A stretch of 64,000 nt of DNA from a virus (Duplodnaviria > Caudoviricetes), in IMG/VR virus record IMGVR_UViG_3300044846_003573; one strand, written 5' to 3'. Position numbers and translations under genes: made by a program. Below the pieces are notes generated by a model. That model was not told the DNA's origin, ran no database searches, and was given only the letters and a program-made list of their open reading frames with translations. Shown in pieces: positions 38,162 through 48,095 of the stretch. The stretch's first letter is position 1. Each line of letters starts with the position of its first letter.

Positions 38162-39011
38162 GAATTATATTAACAGAGTCCTGAATGGTGATACCATTGA
38201 GGTGATGAGTGAGATGCCTGAAGGTTGGGTTGACTTGATTGTAACATCACCACCTTATAATGTAGGTATCCAATACGACACACATAACGATGAGATTGTT
38301 ATGGATGAATATTGGGTGTGGTCTGAAAAATGGTTAACGGAAGCGTATCGTTTACTTAAAGACGATGGAAGAATGGCTATTAACATACCATATGAAGTTA
38401 ATGTACAAGCTCGTGGTGGTAGAGTATTCTTCGCTTCAGAATTATATCAGGTAATGAAGAAAGTTGGGTTTAAGTTCTACGGTATTGTGGACCTTGAAGA
38501 AGACTCACCACATAGAAGTAAAACAACTGCTTGGGGTTCTTGGATGAGTCCATCCGCACCTTATATCTACAACCCAAAAGAATGTGTCATCTTGGCTTAT
38601 AAAAAAGTTCATATCAAGAAGGTTAAAGGTGAACCACAATGGAAGGGTGAACCTTATCTAACTGAAGAAGGAAAGAACAAAGTTGCTTATTCCGAACAAG
38701 ATAAAAAAGAGTTTATGGAATTGGTATTTGGACAATGGAAATACTTTGCCGATACTCGTTCATTAACAAAGGCAACGTTCTCTATGGATATTCCTGAAAA
38801 GGCAATTAAGATATTATCATATAGAAACGATGTAGTGTTAGACCCGTTCAATGGTTCAGGAACCAGTTGTGTAGCCGCAGTTGTTCATGATAGACGATGG
38901 GTTGGTATTGAATTGAGTGAAAAATATTGTGAAATTGCAAAACAACGAATACAAAGTTTTGTAGACCAAAAGAGTCAACAAAAATTAGAATTTGAAAATG
39001 GGGGTCAATGA
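38154..39011 (+). CDS. beta-class N4-C/N6-A DNA methyltransferase
   Basis: VTSPPYN precedes VLDPFNGSGT. Confidence 0.92.
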   Translation: MIENYINRVLNGDTIEVMSEMPEGWVDLIVTSPPYNVGIQYDTHNDEIVMDEYWVWSEKWLTEAYRLLKDDGRMAINIPYEVNVQARGGRVFFASELYQVMKKVGFKFYGIVDLEEDSPHRSKTTAWGSWMSPSAPYIYNPKECVILAYKKVHIKKVKGEPQWKGEPYLTEEGKNKVAYSEQDKKEFMELVFGQWKYFADTRSLTKATFSMDIPEKAIKILSYRNDVVLDPFNGSGTSCVAAVVHDRRWVGIELSEKYCEIAKQRIQSFVDQKSQQKLEFENGGQ

Positions 39012-39022
39012 CCTCCATTTTT
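38995..39022 (+). terminator. intrinsic terminator
   Basis: aaaatggggg tcaatga cctccattttt. Confidence 0.55.
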
Positions 39023-39055
39023 CATTTATTGATATATTTATTATAAAATATTGTT

Positions 39056-39427
39056 ATGAAAAATTCGGAAGTTGTTAAATTTTTATTAGAAACCCAAACT
39101 CAGTTCAGAGTGTTACACTGGCAAACAAAATCACTATCAAGACATAAGGCGTATGGTAAAACATATAGTTCACTTGATGATTTAATTGATAAGTTTGTTG
39201 AAGTTTGTATGGGTAAACACGGAAGACCTAGTTTTACAGGTGGTTATAGTTTAGGTGGTAGTGATATTGAAGAACTTGATTTAACTGGTTTTATTAATTC
39301 AGTATGTGAATATCTTATTGGACTTTCAGAAGTTTATGACCCAAAGATGGACTCAGATTTATTAAACATTAGAGACGAAATGTTAGCGGAAATTAACAAG
39401 TTGAAATACTTGTTAACTTTAAAATAA
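39056..39427 (+). CDS. ferritin/Dps-like four-helix protein (DUF5856-like)
   Basis: LHWQT....HKAYG..Y..LDDLIDKFVE..MGK; NIRDEML..INKLKYLLTL. Confidence 0.75.
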   Translation: MKNSEVVKFLLETQTQFRVLHWQTKSLSRHKAYGKTYSSLDDLIDKFVEVCMGKHGRPSFTGGYSLGGSDIEELDLTGFINSVCEYLIGLSEVYDPKMDSDLLNIRDEMLAEINKLKYLLTLK

Positions 39428-39502
39428 GAGGTATATTACTTTTTTACTTTAAAAGGTTCATCGTAATGATGAACTTTTTTTTTGTTACAATATTTATTAT
39501 TA

Positions 39503-40906
39503 ATGAAAAAGATAATTTCCGAAGGTGGTATCAGAAACATAAGAGAACTTTCTGATAGATACAAAAAAGCAAAGATATACTTCCACCAAGATTTAGATGG
39601 TGTTGCAACTGCATTAGCGATGAAAAAGTATTTGGAAGACAACGGAATCAAAGTTGTTGATGTTGAAGTAATCCAATACGGAGATAAGGAATTCGCGGTT
39701 AAGAAAGCAGATGCTGAAGGTGAAATCATGCCAGTTCTTGTTGACTTTGCTCACGGAAAACCAATGTTCGTGGTTCATACTGACCACCACGATAGACAAG
39801 CCGGAGCTGACGAAACTAAGTCAACTCAGTTCAGAGGGGCTCGTTCAAATGTTGAAACTCTTTCACAGATTGTCCCGGCTTCTGAAATTTTCACACCAGA
39901 AGATGTTGCGACAATATCTATGGTTGATAGTGCTGATTATGCTTCAAAAAACATTACACCTGAAATGGTGATGAATTATGTGTATGGGACATCAAAAGAA
40001 AAGAGTGCTAAAGAAAATAGAATGTTATTAGGTTTGGTTACCAACAAATTATTGTTGGCTTTCAAAAGTAAACCAGGATTTTTAGAGACATTAGTATTAG
40101 ATTGTAAACCTTCACTTCTTTCAATCTTCAATAAGATTAAGGAATTAATGAAGACAAACAGATATGCTGATATATCTTCATTAGAGAAAAACAAAGAAGA
40201 TTACGTTCAGACAATGAAAGGACATAAGAATGTTCAGGTTAAAGATAATATCATCGTTCAGTATGGTGGTGGTAGTATGATGAGACCTGGTTCGTATGAC
40301 AGATACACCCCATTTAGAAACAACCCTGAAGCTGACTTTTTAGTTATTGCTTGGCCACTTGGTTTATTACAGGCATCATGTAACCCTTTTAAAAAAGAAA
40401 GAGAACTTAAAGGTGTTAACTTGGGAGAAATTGCTCAAGAAGTATTGGGACATTGGGAATCACAATTAAAAGAAAAACAAGTCCCATTATCAACAATCAA
40501 GTGGGTTTCTGAAACTGCTGCGAAAGAAGAATCAGTTGGATTTACCTTTAAGGATTTTGCTGCAATATACGGAGACAAATACTTGGATGAGAAAGATGGT
40601 GTTAAAACACTTATGGATATTAAATCTTTGATGGAAAAAAAATCATCTGAATTGACCGAAGAAGAATGGAGTGTGTTAGATGGTGTTACTGTTCCAGTAT
40701 GGGAAGTTATCCAAGCTAATTCAGGTGGACACAAGTGTATTACAAATGTATCTGGTTTAAATTATATTGGAAGAAGTAAGAGACCACCACAAGGTAAGTA
40801 CAAGTACGATTCTGAAAAAGAAGATTCACCTTATATTAAGTTCTTAAAGATGTTACAGAATAGATTTGTGAATGTTTTACAACAGAAGATTGAGGAAAGT
40901 AAGTAA
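39503..40906 (+). CDS. DHH-family phosphoesterase-like protein
   Basis: HQDLDG, LVDFAH, TDHH, C-terminal GGHK. Confidence 0.7.
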   Translation: MKKIISEGGIRNIRELSDRYKKAKIYFHQDLDGVATALAMKKYLEDNGIKVVDVEVIQYGDKEFAVKKADAEGEIMPVLVDFAHGKPMFVVHTDHHDRQAGADETKSTQFRGARSNVETLSQIVPASEIFTPEDVATISMVDSADYASKNITPEMVMNYVYGTSKEKSAKENRMLLGLVTNKLLLAFKSKPGFLETLVLDCKPSLLSIFNKIKELMKTNRYADISSLEKNKEDYVQTMKGHKNVQVKDNIIVQYGGGSMMRPGSYDRYTPFRNNPEADFLVIAWPLGLLQASCNPFKKERELKGVNLGEIAQEVLGHWESQLKEKQVPLSTIKWVSETAAKEESVGFTFKDFAAIYGDKYLDEKDGVKTLMDIKSLMEKKSSELTEEEWSVLDGVTVPVWEVIQANSGGHKCITNVSGLNYIGRSKRPPQGKYKYDSEKEDSPYIKFLKMLQNRFVNVLQQKIEESK

Positions 40907-40907
40907 T

Positions 40908-41255
40908 TTATTTAAAGAACTCACAAACTTGTCCTTCTCTGATACCTAAATCTTCACAGGTACCACCTTCAAGTTCTAATACATACATTCCTTTACCTAC
41001 AAACCTTTCACAAGGTTGAACCTTACATGGTTCACAGTAGTGATGTATTTTATTGATTTTAAAGTTCTTATCAATAAAGATAATGTCTAAAGGGATGATA
41101 CAATTCATCATCCAAAAACTATGTGAACCATCACCCATGATGAACAACATACCGTCAAAATCGTCAAAAGTCTTGTTCATCATACCTTGACTGGTCTCAG
41201 AACTTTCAATTAACACTTTGACATTGAAACTATTTTTATTTATTTTTAACAACAT
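40908..41255 (-). CDS. DUF192-family protein
   Basis: GMM....DGMLF......FWMMNC.IPLDIIFID, YVLELEGG. Confidence 0.85.
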   Translation of the reverse strand: MLLKINKNSFNVKVLIESSETSQGMMNKTFDDFDGMLFIMGDGSHSFWMMNCIIPLDIIFIDKNFKINKIHHYCEPCKVQPCERFVGKGMYVLELEGGTCEDLGIREGQVCEFFK

Positions 41256-41275
41256 ACTTATTAATAAATATTTCT

Positions 41276-41686
41276 ATGAAACAAAGTGCAGGAATTATTG
41301 TGAAAGTAAATGATAAATGTTTGGTTTGTAAGAGAACTGCTGAGATTAATGAACCATCAAAGTGGGCAATACCTATGGGTGGAATAGAAGAAGGTGAAGA
41401 CCCAAAGGATGCTGCGTATAGAGAGTTCTATGAGGAGATGGGTGTTCCAGTTGAAGAAGATATTAAACCTTTGGGTAAAATTAATCGTTATAACAAATTA
41501 GGTGGAATAAAAACTATTCTACATGTGTTCCTTTTAAAGACTGATACCAAAATCATTCCTGATTTAGAGAATGCTATGGACGGTTTTGAACACACAGAAT
41601 GTGCGTACATGACTTTAGAAGAAATTAAAAAACTTAATATGTCATCAGGTATTAAGGAAGTTTTAACTGATGTGTTAAATTTTTGA
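41276..41686 (+). CDS. NUDIX hydrolase
   Basis: Nudix box GGIEEGEDPKDAAYREFYEEMG. Confidence 0.92.
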   Translation: MKQSAGIIVKVNDKCLVCKRTAEINEPSKWAIPMGGIEEGEDPKDAAYREFYEEMGVPVEEDIKPLGKINRYNKLGGIKTILHVFLLKTDTKIIPDLENAMDGFEHTECAYMTLEEIKKLNMSSGIKEVLTDVLNF

Positions 41687-41704
41687 TTTTTTTGATATAT
41701 TTAT

Positions 41705-41837
41705 TTGACACTACGGAATATTCGCTGTAAGTTTGTAAAAGATTTAACACTTATAGGAAATGAAAGATACTCGGTAGTTAAATCAAAAAAAAAGTTCACA
41801 AACTACTTGACAGAAAGAAAAAAAAGTCGTAAGTTTG
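41705..41837 (+). promoter_or_regulatory. tandem promoters P1/P2 (TTGAC-N18-TAAGTTTG)
   Basis: TTGAC 41705 / TAAGTTTG 41728 and TTGAC 41807 / TAAGTTTG 41830, identical spacing. Confidence 0.75.
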
Positions 41838-41846
41838 TAAAACAAA

Positions 41847-41874
41847 TCGGAAATGTCCGAGACGTTCTTTGAAA
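41847..41874 (+). promoter_or_regulatory. boxB-like hairpin plus boxA-like antitermination element
   Basis: tcgga-aatg-tccga hairpin followed by GTTCTTTGAAA. Confidence 0.55.
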
Positions 41875-41879
41875 CAAAA

Positions 41880-42757
41880 AGATTATCCATTCTCTGAGTA
41901 AGTCGTATTCCCGCCTTCGTGTGACGAATATGAGCACTGAAAAGAGATAAACGATAATGGGCCGTGTATGGTCCTTAAATAAACTACGAAAGTAGGATAA
42001 AGTGGTCTCCCCCGTGTTGAGGAGACTGCGGTTTGAAACCCCGTAAGGGGAATTGAACTCAAGTACACAAGTGGGGTATCACCAAACCTTTAGTACCGAG
42101 GATAACTTCGTAGGGAGAATGGTAGGGTGACCTGGCAAAGTAGATTGTCAGGTTGAGTTCGGAAGAACGATAAGAATAACCCATAGGAACTCTGTAAGAA
42201 ATGTGACCATCCAGTTACACAATTGCGGGTCCCAATATGATAGAGGACTTAAAACCGAAAGGTAAGATGGAGAACGAGTGGTGTCGCTACTATCCCTAAG
42301 GAAGACCTACCAAGGTCTCTTTATGAAGTAATCTTGAAATATGGAGGTGGGGACACTTCACGGAGTAGTTTAGTATTCTGTCGCTCAAAAGGAGACAGAG
42401 CTTATGTTGGACCACTACTCTGACACATCTACAACACAACCCTAAAATTATTACAAAATAACAAAGGAAAAGTGTCCATCAGGTTTGAGTGAAAGGTGAC
42501 TACATAGTAATGAGCCGTTCATTGCATACAGAGACCCCAAGTCAATGTGTATTGTTAAGAAAAACCTTTAGTCCCGCAAGGACGAACTGGGGTGGCAACC
42601 TCGGAAAGAGTTAAGTATTGATAGAGTAATTCAAACCTCAAGGAGTGGTACACCTAAAATACCGTCACTAAGAAATACTACCCAAAAGGTGGTGGATAAG
42701 AAGGGAAACAATAATCCTTCAAAAGTTTCTTAACATAAGCTGTAATCTCAGGCTTTT
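41880..42757 (+). ncRNA. large (~870 nt) highly structured RNA, GOLLD-like
   Basis: no credible ORF; GC-richer than flanks; many hairpins (ctac-gaaa-gtag, cccc-gtaa-gggg, acc-gaaa-ggt, gtctcc/ggagac, tctgtc/gacaga); own promoters and terminator; size, phage and tRNA context fit GOLLD. Confidence 0.7.
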
Positions 42758-42765
42758 CTAATTTG

Positions 42766-42789
42766 ACCTGTCAATTGACGGGTTTTTTT
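42766..42789 (+). terminator. intrinsic terminator of the large RNA
   Basis: acctgtc-aatt-gacgggt followed by a T run. Confidence 0.75.
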
Positions 42790-42810
42790 ATTTATAGACA
42801 CTTATAAACT

Positions 42811-43035
42811 ATGACAATATTAGAAAATCTTAAAGAGGTATTACCATCATGGGCGGTGGTAAAACAAAAGGAACTACCATATAAGATGGAGTATGAGATT
42901 AGACTTCAACCTACTTTGGATGAGGATGAACATTTTGCTTTAACACCAAAACTTAAGGAAGCTTGTCAGGGTAAGTTTATGGAAAGATACACTGTAGATA
43001 TTGGTGAACACTTTTATATTTATACAAAAAAGTAA
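42811..43035 (+). CDS. hypothetical protein
   Basis: ORF track. Confidence 0.65.
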   Translation: MTILENLKEVLPSWAVVKQKELPYKMEYEIRLQPTLDEDEHFALTPKLKEACQGKFMERYTVDIGEHFYIYTKK

Positions 43036-43037
43036 TC

Positions 43038-43223
43038 ATGATACCTAAAGAGATTAAAGAATTAGTTAACAAATACCCAAACAATTATGAATTGGGTGAG
43101 GAAGTTAGAAAATATTATCACAAAAATAAACAGAAAGAAAATTTTAATTCTGGTGTTCTGTGGATAGGAATTTTATTCTTTTTTATATTTGCTTCACTCT
43201 TGACTTGGATTATAACCGTTTAA
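43038..43223 (+). CDS. small C-terminally anchored membrane protein
   Basis: C-terminal TM. Confidence 0.6.
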   Translation: MIPKEIKELVNKYPNNYELGEEVRKYYHKNKQKENFNSGVLWIGILFFFIFASLLTWIITV

Positions 43224-43263
43224 TTTCCTGACTTTAAACATATTTATAATAAAATTATAAATT

Positions 43264-44097
43264 ATGTTACTAAAAGTTGGGTCTAAAGGAGAAGACGTTA
43301 AAAAACTCCAAGCAAAATTAGGTACCACCGCTGATGGAAGTTTCGGTCCTGGTACAGAAAAACTGGTTAAAGAATGGCAATCGGATAACGGACTAACAGC
43401 TGACGGTATCGTTGGTGATGGTACTTGGTCTAAGATGTTCCCAACAACTCAACCAGTTCAAGTGGTTAAAGAAGATGTTGTTATCCCGACAAGTTCTGAG
43501 TTTAAATTACAAAATCTAAAAGGACATGTTCCTGACGCAGTAATTGCTCAAATCCCTGAAACTGCTAAAAAATTCAATATTACTAACCCATTAAGATTAG
43601 CTCATTTCTTGGCTCAGTGTGGACACGAGTCAGGTGGGTTTAAAGCTGTTTCTGAGAACCTTAACTATTCTGCTGACGGACTTAAGAAAATCTTTGGTAA
43701 GTATTTCCCTGGTAACTTAAATGAGTCATACGCTCGTCAACCTGAAAAGATTGCTTCACGTGTTTATGGAAGTAGAATGGGTAATGGTGATGAGTCAACA
43801 GGTGAAGGTTTCAAGTTCCGTGGAAGAGGTTACATCCAATTAACTGGTAAGAATAACTATACAAACTTCGCTAAGTTCATTGGTGAAGATACTGTGTCTA
43901 ATCCTGATTTAGTTGCAACCAAATATCCTTTGGCATCTGCGGCGTTCTTCTTTGATTCAAATAAACTTTGGTCAATCTGTGATAAGGGTGCAGATGTTGC
44001 AACGGTCACGGCAGTTACCAAGAGAGTTAATGGTGGTACGATAGGTCTACCAGATAGAATAAAACACTTCAACGAGTATTATAACCTACTTAAATAA
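43264..44097 (+). CDS. endolysin: peptidoglycan-binding domain plus GH19 lysozyme/chitinase
   Basis: GSKGEDVKKLQ..ADGSFGPGT..ADGIVG; AHFLAQCGHESGGF, ENLNYS, FRGRGYIQLTGK.NY, VNGG. Confidence 0.92.
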   Translation: MLLKVGSKGEDVKKLQAKLGTTADGSFGPGTEKLVKEWQSDNGLTADGIVGDGTWSKMFPTTQPVQVVKEDVVIPTSSEFKLQNLKGHVPDAVIAQIPETAKKFNITNPLRLAHFLAQCGHESGGFKAVSENLNYSADGLKKIFGKYFPGNLNESYARQPEKIASRVYGSRMGNGDESTGEGFKFRGRGYIQLTGKNNYTNFAKFIGEDTVSNPDLVATKYPLASAAFFFDSNKLWSICDKGADVATVTAVTKRVNGGTIGLPDRIKHFNEYYNLLK

Positions 44098-44100
44098 TCT

Positions 44101-44127
44101 AAAACCCCTTGAAAAAGGGGTTTTTTA
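44101..44127 (+). terminator. intrinsic terminator
   Basis: aaaacccctt gaa aaaggggtttttt. Confidence 0.75.
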
Positions 44128-44185
44128 TTTTACAATAAAGAAATTATTCACTATATTTGTATCACTAATTAAAAAATAAAAAAAT

Positions 44186-45238
44186 ATGAAAAAAATCAAA
44201 TTATTTCTCTTAACTCTTTTTGCATTCATTGGAATGAGTGCATCATCACAAGTATTAACGTCTTTTAACGTTGATATAATTAACCTCGGAGGATGTCCAT
44301 ACACATTGTTCGGAAACTATTATGGAGGTGGTATTCAAGGTAGTATTACTTTAACACAACAACCTACAGGAAGTTATGTTGCAGTTGTACCAGCAATTGA
44401 TAGTCTAAATGTTAGTATCTGTGCAATTTATACTTCACCATGTTTAGGTGAGACTTGTATAAATGAAACAATATATCTTGGGTCAGGACAAGGTGTTCAG
44501 ACATTTACGATAGTACTTCAAAACCAAGACTCAGATTTTGATGGGTTCATGGATAACATTGACTGTAATCCATTTGACCCATATATCTATCCAGGTGCAC
44601 CTGAACTATGTTATGACGGTATTGATAACAACTGTGATGGTTTAATTGAGGCAATGCCGACAATTGATACTCTGTACTTTGTTCCTGATTCACTTGTATC
44701 TGAACCAAACACTATTTACGTGGTTTACCAAGGTTCAAATACTGTAGAATGGGAATGGTTTTTTGGAAATGGAGGAAATGGGACGAGTTCAAACGAACAA
44801 TACCCAACCATTACATTCCCTACCTCAACGTTTACTTCACAAATGCTCCCGATTAACTTATACGCAATTTCCATTAATGGTTGTCAGGTTTATACTTCAA
44901 TAAACTTTTCAATTGATAGTAATGGAGTTTGGACACCGGGTGGAATTTTAAATGATTATACCTTAAACGTTGTTCCTGAATTTATAATTGGGGTTGAAGA
45001 AACAATGACTAATAACGTTAAAGTTTGGCCAAACCCTGTGTTAGGTGTTGTTAATATTAATACACCTTCAAATAGTGGGATGTTAAGAATTATGTCTATC
45101 GACGGAAGATGTGTCTATCAAGAAAAATATTTAACTAACAACATTCAGTTTGATTCTGAAATATTAAGTGACGGAACCTACGTTATTACTCTTACTGACG
45201 ATAGTGGTAAGTTTTATACAACAAGAATTATTAAATAA
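44186..45238 (+). CDS. T9SS type A CTD cargo protein with Asp/Cys metal-binding motif and PKD-like domain
   Basis: signal peptide; DSDFDGF..DCN....[17 protein letters not shown]; WEWFFGNG; CTD VWPNP...GTYVI...RIIK. Confidence 0.85.
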   Translation: MKKIKLFLLTLFAFIGMSASSQVLTSFNVDIINLGGCPYTLFGNYYGGGIQGSITLTQQPTGSYVAVVPAIDSLNVSICAIYTSPCLGETCINETIYLGSGQGVQTFTIVLQNQDSDFDGFMDNIDCNPFDPYIYPGAPELCYDGIDNNCDGLIEAMPTIDTLYFVPDSLVSEPNTIYVVYQGSNTVEWEWFFGNGGNGTSSNEQYPTITFPTSTFTSQMLPINLYAISINGCQVYTSINFSIDSNGVWTPGGILNDYTLNVVPEFIIGVEETMTNNVKVWPNPVLGVVNINTPSNSGMLRIMSIDGRCVYQEKYLTNNIQFDSEILSDGTYVITLTDDSGKFYTTRIIK

Positions 45239-45240
45239 TA

Positions 45241-45266
45241 AAATCCCCCTGAAACATGGGGGATTA
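45241..45266 (+). terminator. intrinsic terminator
   Basis: aatccccc tgaaacat gggggatt. Confidence 0.55.
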
Positions 45267-45283
45267 TAATTTTTATATCGGAT

Positions 45284-45547
45284 ATGAAAATTAAAATGGG
45301 GGTGGTTGAAAAACACCAATACGAAGGTGTTAGAGAATTTGAGGAAATTGACTTGGATAAGTTTCCGATTATTAAACAGTTTATGGATGTTAATCCAGAT
45401 TGTACCGAACAGGAATTACTTTCTTATATTAAGAAGATTAAAGACGAAGAGTTCAAAAAATTCATAACAGAACTAAGTTGGAACTCTATCATTAAAGAAA
45501 ACTTCAGTAAAAATAAAACTGAATTTAAAATAGAAATAGAGAAATGA
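45284..45547 (+). CDS. hypothetical protein
   Basis: ORF track. Confidence 0.6.
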   Translation: MKIKMGVVEKHQYEGVREFEEIDLDKFPIIKQFMDVNPDCTEQELLSYIKKIKDEEFKKFITELSWNSIIKENFSKNKTEFKIEIEK

Positions 45548-46512
45548 ATATATTAATAACTGGTGGATTAGGTTTTATTGGTTCTAATTTTTATAACACC
45601 TTTAAAAAGAAATATCCTGACTATAATTTAGTTATCCTTGATAGTGGGACATATGCTGCTGATGAAAATAACATTGAAAATTTTAGAAGTTCTAGAATAA
45701 TCAAATTCAGTATTACTGAACGAGAAAGATTATTTAAGTTATTTGAAAATTACAAGTTTGACTCGGTAATACACTTTGCCGCTGAATCACATGTTGATAA
45801 CTCAATATTAAATCCGATGGAGTTTGTTCAAACAAATATTATTGGAACGTTGAATCTGTTGGATGCTTCAATTAAGTATGGTATTAAATTGTTCTATCAT
45901 ATATCGACTGATGAGGTTTTCGGACATTTAGGTGCGGTGGGTTCTTTTGATGAGAAAACTGCTTATGACCCAAGAAGTCCTTATTCCGCATCGAAGGCAT
46001 CATCCGACCACTTTGTTAGAGCGTACTACCACACTTATGGATTACCTGTTGTTATATCAAACTGTTCAAACAATTTTGGACCGAACCAACACCAAGAAAA
46101 ATTAATTCCGACAATCATTAAAAGTATCCTCAATGGTGAACCAATACCAGTTTATGGTAACGGACAGAATGTTAGAGATTGGTTATATGTTCAGGACCAT
46201 GTGGATGCGATTGATATGATATTCCACAAAGGTAAGGTAGGTGAAACCTATTGTATCGGTGGACGTAATGAATTAAACAATTTAAGACTTGTTAGGTTGA
46301 TTTGTGATAAGATTGATAATATTAAACAATGGGAACAGAACTCACAGGATTTAATTACATTTGTTGAAGATAGAAAAGGACATGACTTTAGATACTCTAT
46401 TGATTCAACCAAAGTAAAAGAACAAATTGGGTGGGAACCTAAAGTTAATTTTGATGAAGGGTTAGACAGAACTATCGATTTTTATTTTAAAAAGTTTGGA
46501 AGTCAGGAATAG
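45544..46512 (+). CDS. rfbB: dTDP-glucose 4,6-dehydratase
   Basis: TGGLGFIGSN, HFAAESHVD, ISTDEV, SPYSASK, RDWLYV.DH, DRKGHD.RY. Confidence 0.95.
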   Translation: MNILITGGLGFIGSNFYNTFKKKYPDYNLVILDSGTYAADENNIENFRSSRIIKFSITERERLFKLFENYKFDSVIHFAAESHVDNSILNPMEFVQTNIIGTLNLLDASIKYGIKLFYHISTDEVFGHLGAVGSFDEKTAYDPRSPYSASKASSDHFVRAYYHTYGLPVVISNCSNNFGPNQHQEKLIPTIIKSILNGEPIPVYGNGQNVRDWLYVQDHVDAIDMIFHKGKVGETYCIGGRNELNNLRLVRLICDKIDNIKQWEQNSQDLITFVEDRKGHDFRYSIDSTKVKEQIGWEPKVNFDEGLDRTIDFYFKKFGSQE

Positions 46513-46530
46513 TTTATCTATATTTGTGTT

Positions 46531-46791
46531 ATGAAAGTAACATTAAACATCCAACACGAAAAATTCGGTAAAGTTTTAACAATGTCTTTTGTGGACGCAA
46601 TACAGACAAAGTTATTTTTAAAACTTGTGAATGACGCTATTGATAACGGAGTCGCGTTCAGATACTTCAACGTGACTGACACATTAGTACATATTCCTAA
46701 CAAGATTTTAGTTGAATCTTTAATCACAACTGAAATGGAGTTTGTGACATTTTCTGAACAAGTATTGGCTAAAGTAGGTGAGGTTAAATAG
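46531..46791 (+). CDS. hypothetical protein
   Basis: ORF after TATATTTG promoter. Confidence 0.65.
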   Translation: MKVTLNIQHEKFGKVLTMSFVDAIQTKLFLKLVNDAIDNGVAFRYFNVTDTLVHIPNKILVESLITTEMEFVTFSEQVLAKVGEVK

Positions 46792-46896
46792 TCTTTGTTA
46801 GACAAAGTGGTGGACCAACTTCCGGGTTGGGCTCAAAAGGGAACATTAGTGTTCCCTTTTTTCTTTTTATTTGTATTTATATATAAAACTATAGTT

Positions 46897-47214
46897 ATGT
46901 CAAAAATTATAATCACAGAAGAACAACTTCAAAAATTAAAAAAAGCTTTATCTGAAAATACTGAGACTATTAAAGAAGATAAAGATGGTAATTATATGGC
47001 TAAGCAACAACTTTTTACCATTGGTACTTTAGCATTACAAATGTGGGAGATTTTAGAAGATGACGAACAGTTGGATGACTGGATGGAATCTAAAATTGCG
47101 CAATCTGAACAATCAATCGTTTCAGTGGTTAAAGCTTACATGTATGACGAAGTAGTTGATGATATGAAAGGTATGGAAACTTTAAACTACAATGATATTG
47201 TAATTGGTAAGTAA
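46897..47214 (+). CDS. hypothetical protein (MSKIIITEEQ motif)
   Basis: start reassigned to the ATG after a terminator and TATTTAT. Confidence 0.7.
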   Translation: MSKIIITEEQLQKLKKALSENTETIKEDKDGNYMAKQQLFTIGTLALQMWEILEDDEQLDDWMESKIAQSEQSIVSVVKAYMYDEVVDDMKGMETLNYNDIVIGK

Positions 47215-48095
47215 TGAAAAAGAAAAAACTTATAACTGAAGAGGTCAAAAATAAATTTTACCTATATAATCCTATACCTATTGTTAAGCAGGAGGCGGTT
47301 ATTGTTATTCAAGACATTCTAAAAAGTCGCAATTTGAATTTTGAATGGGGGGAAAATGTTGATTTAAATACTTTTGATGTAGTTAACCGAATGAGGTTTA
47401 AAGATTATATCAATCGTGTTATTAAGTATAAAGAGATTAGAGGACATGCGATTGAAGGATTGATGGCTGGTTTATTTGGAGGAATTCTTAATGAAAGTAA
47501 AAGTGGGGTATGGGATTATGAAATCAGACAAGGACAAGTTGAACAGAAATTTTTAAATAGTAGTGAAGAAAGTCCGTCAATAGGTGGTTTTACAAATGCT
47601 TTAAATAGTTTAGGGTCAGACGCAGTTATAGATATTAAAAATACTATATCAAAATATGATATGACAGGAACCAATTTATTTTTGATAAATGACGATAGTT
47701 TGACTGAATATAAGAAAGAAATTTTAAGAAAGATACTTGTTGATATTACATGTATTACATTTGATTCTAATGATAGATTAAAGACATATTATTTAACAAA
47801 AGAAAACGCTGTCGAATTATTTTCAGATGCTAATAACATAAGAAAACCAAGAAAATTAAGTTCCAATGAGTTAAGGGCTTCTTCTGATGTTTTTATTAAT
47901 GGAGGAAATTCTTTTGATATTATTAAAGCGAAAGTAAAACCGGAAGAATATAAAGAATATATTGAGGTGACCCAAAGAGATATAGAAGTTGCAAAGATTT
48001 TTGGACCTTATGGTGGAAAAATTAGACCTGATATTTTAAATTGGATACAACAAAATAAAGATGAATTTAAAAATTTGGTTAATACATTGTTATAA
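47214..48095 (+). CDS. hypothetical protein, possible PD-(D/E)xK nuclease fold
   Basis: GHAIEG...WDY...VEQKF spacing; KLITEE N-terminus. Confidence 0.45.
   Translation: MKKKKLITEEVKNKFYLYNPIPIVKQEAVIVIQDILKSRNLNFEWGENVDLNTFDVVNRMRFKDYINRVIKYKEIRGHAIEGLMAGLFGGILNESKSGVWDYEIRQGQVEQKFLNSSEESPSIGGFTNALNSLGSDAVIDIKNTISKYDMTGTNLFLINDDSLTEYKKEILRKILVDITCITFDSNDRLKTYYLTKENAVELFSDANNIRKPRKLSSNELRASSDVFINGGNSFDIIKAKVKPEEYKEYIEVTQRDIEVAKIFGPYGGKIRPDILNWIQQNKDEFKNLVNTLL

Noticed and set aside
41880-42757. rRNA or self-splicing intron identity for the large RNA
   Set aside because: No 16S/23S universal motifs recognised. It has its own promoter and terminator and interrupts no gene.
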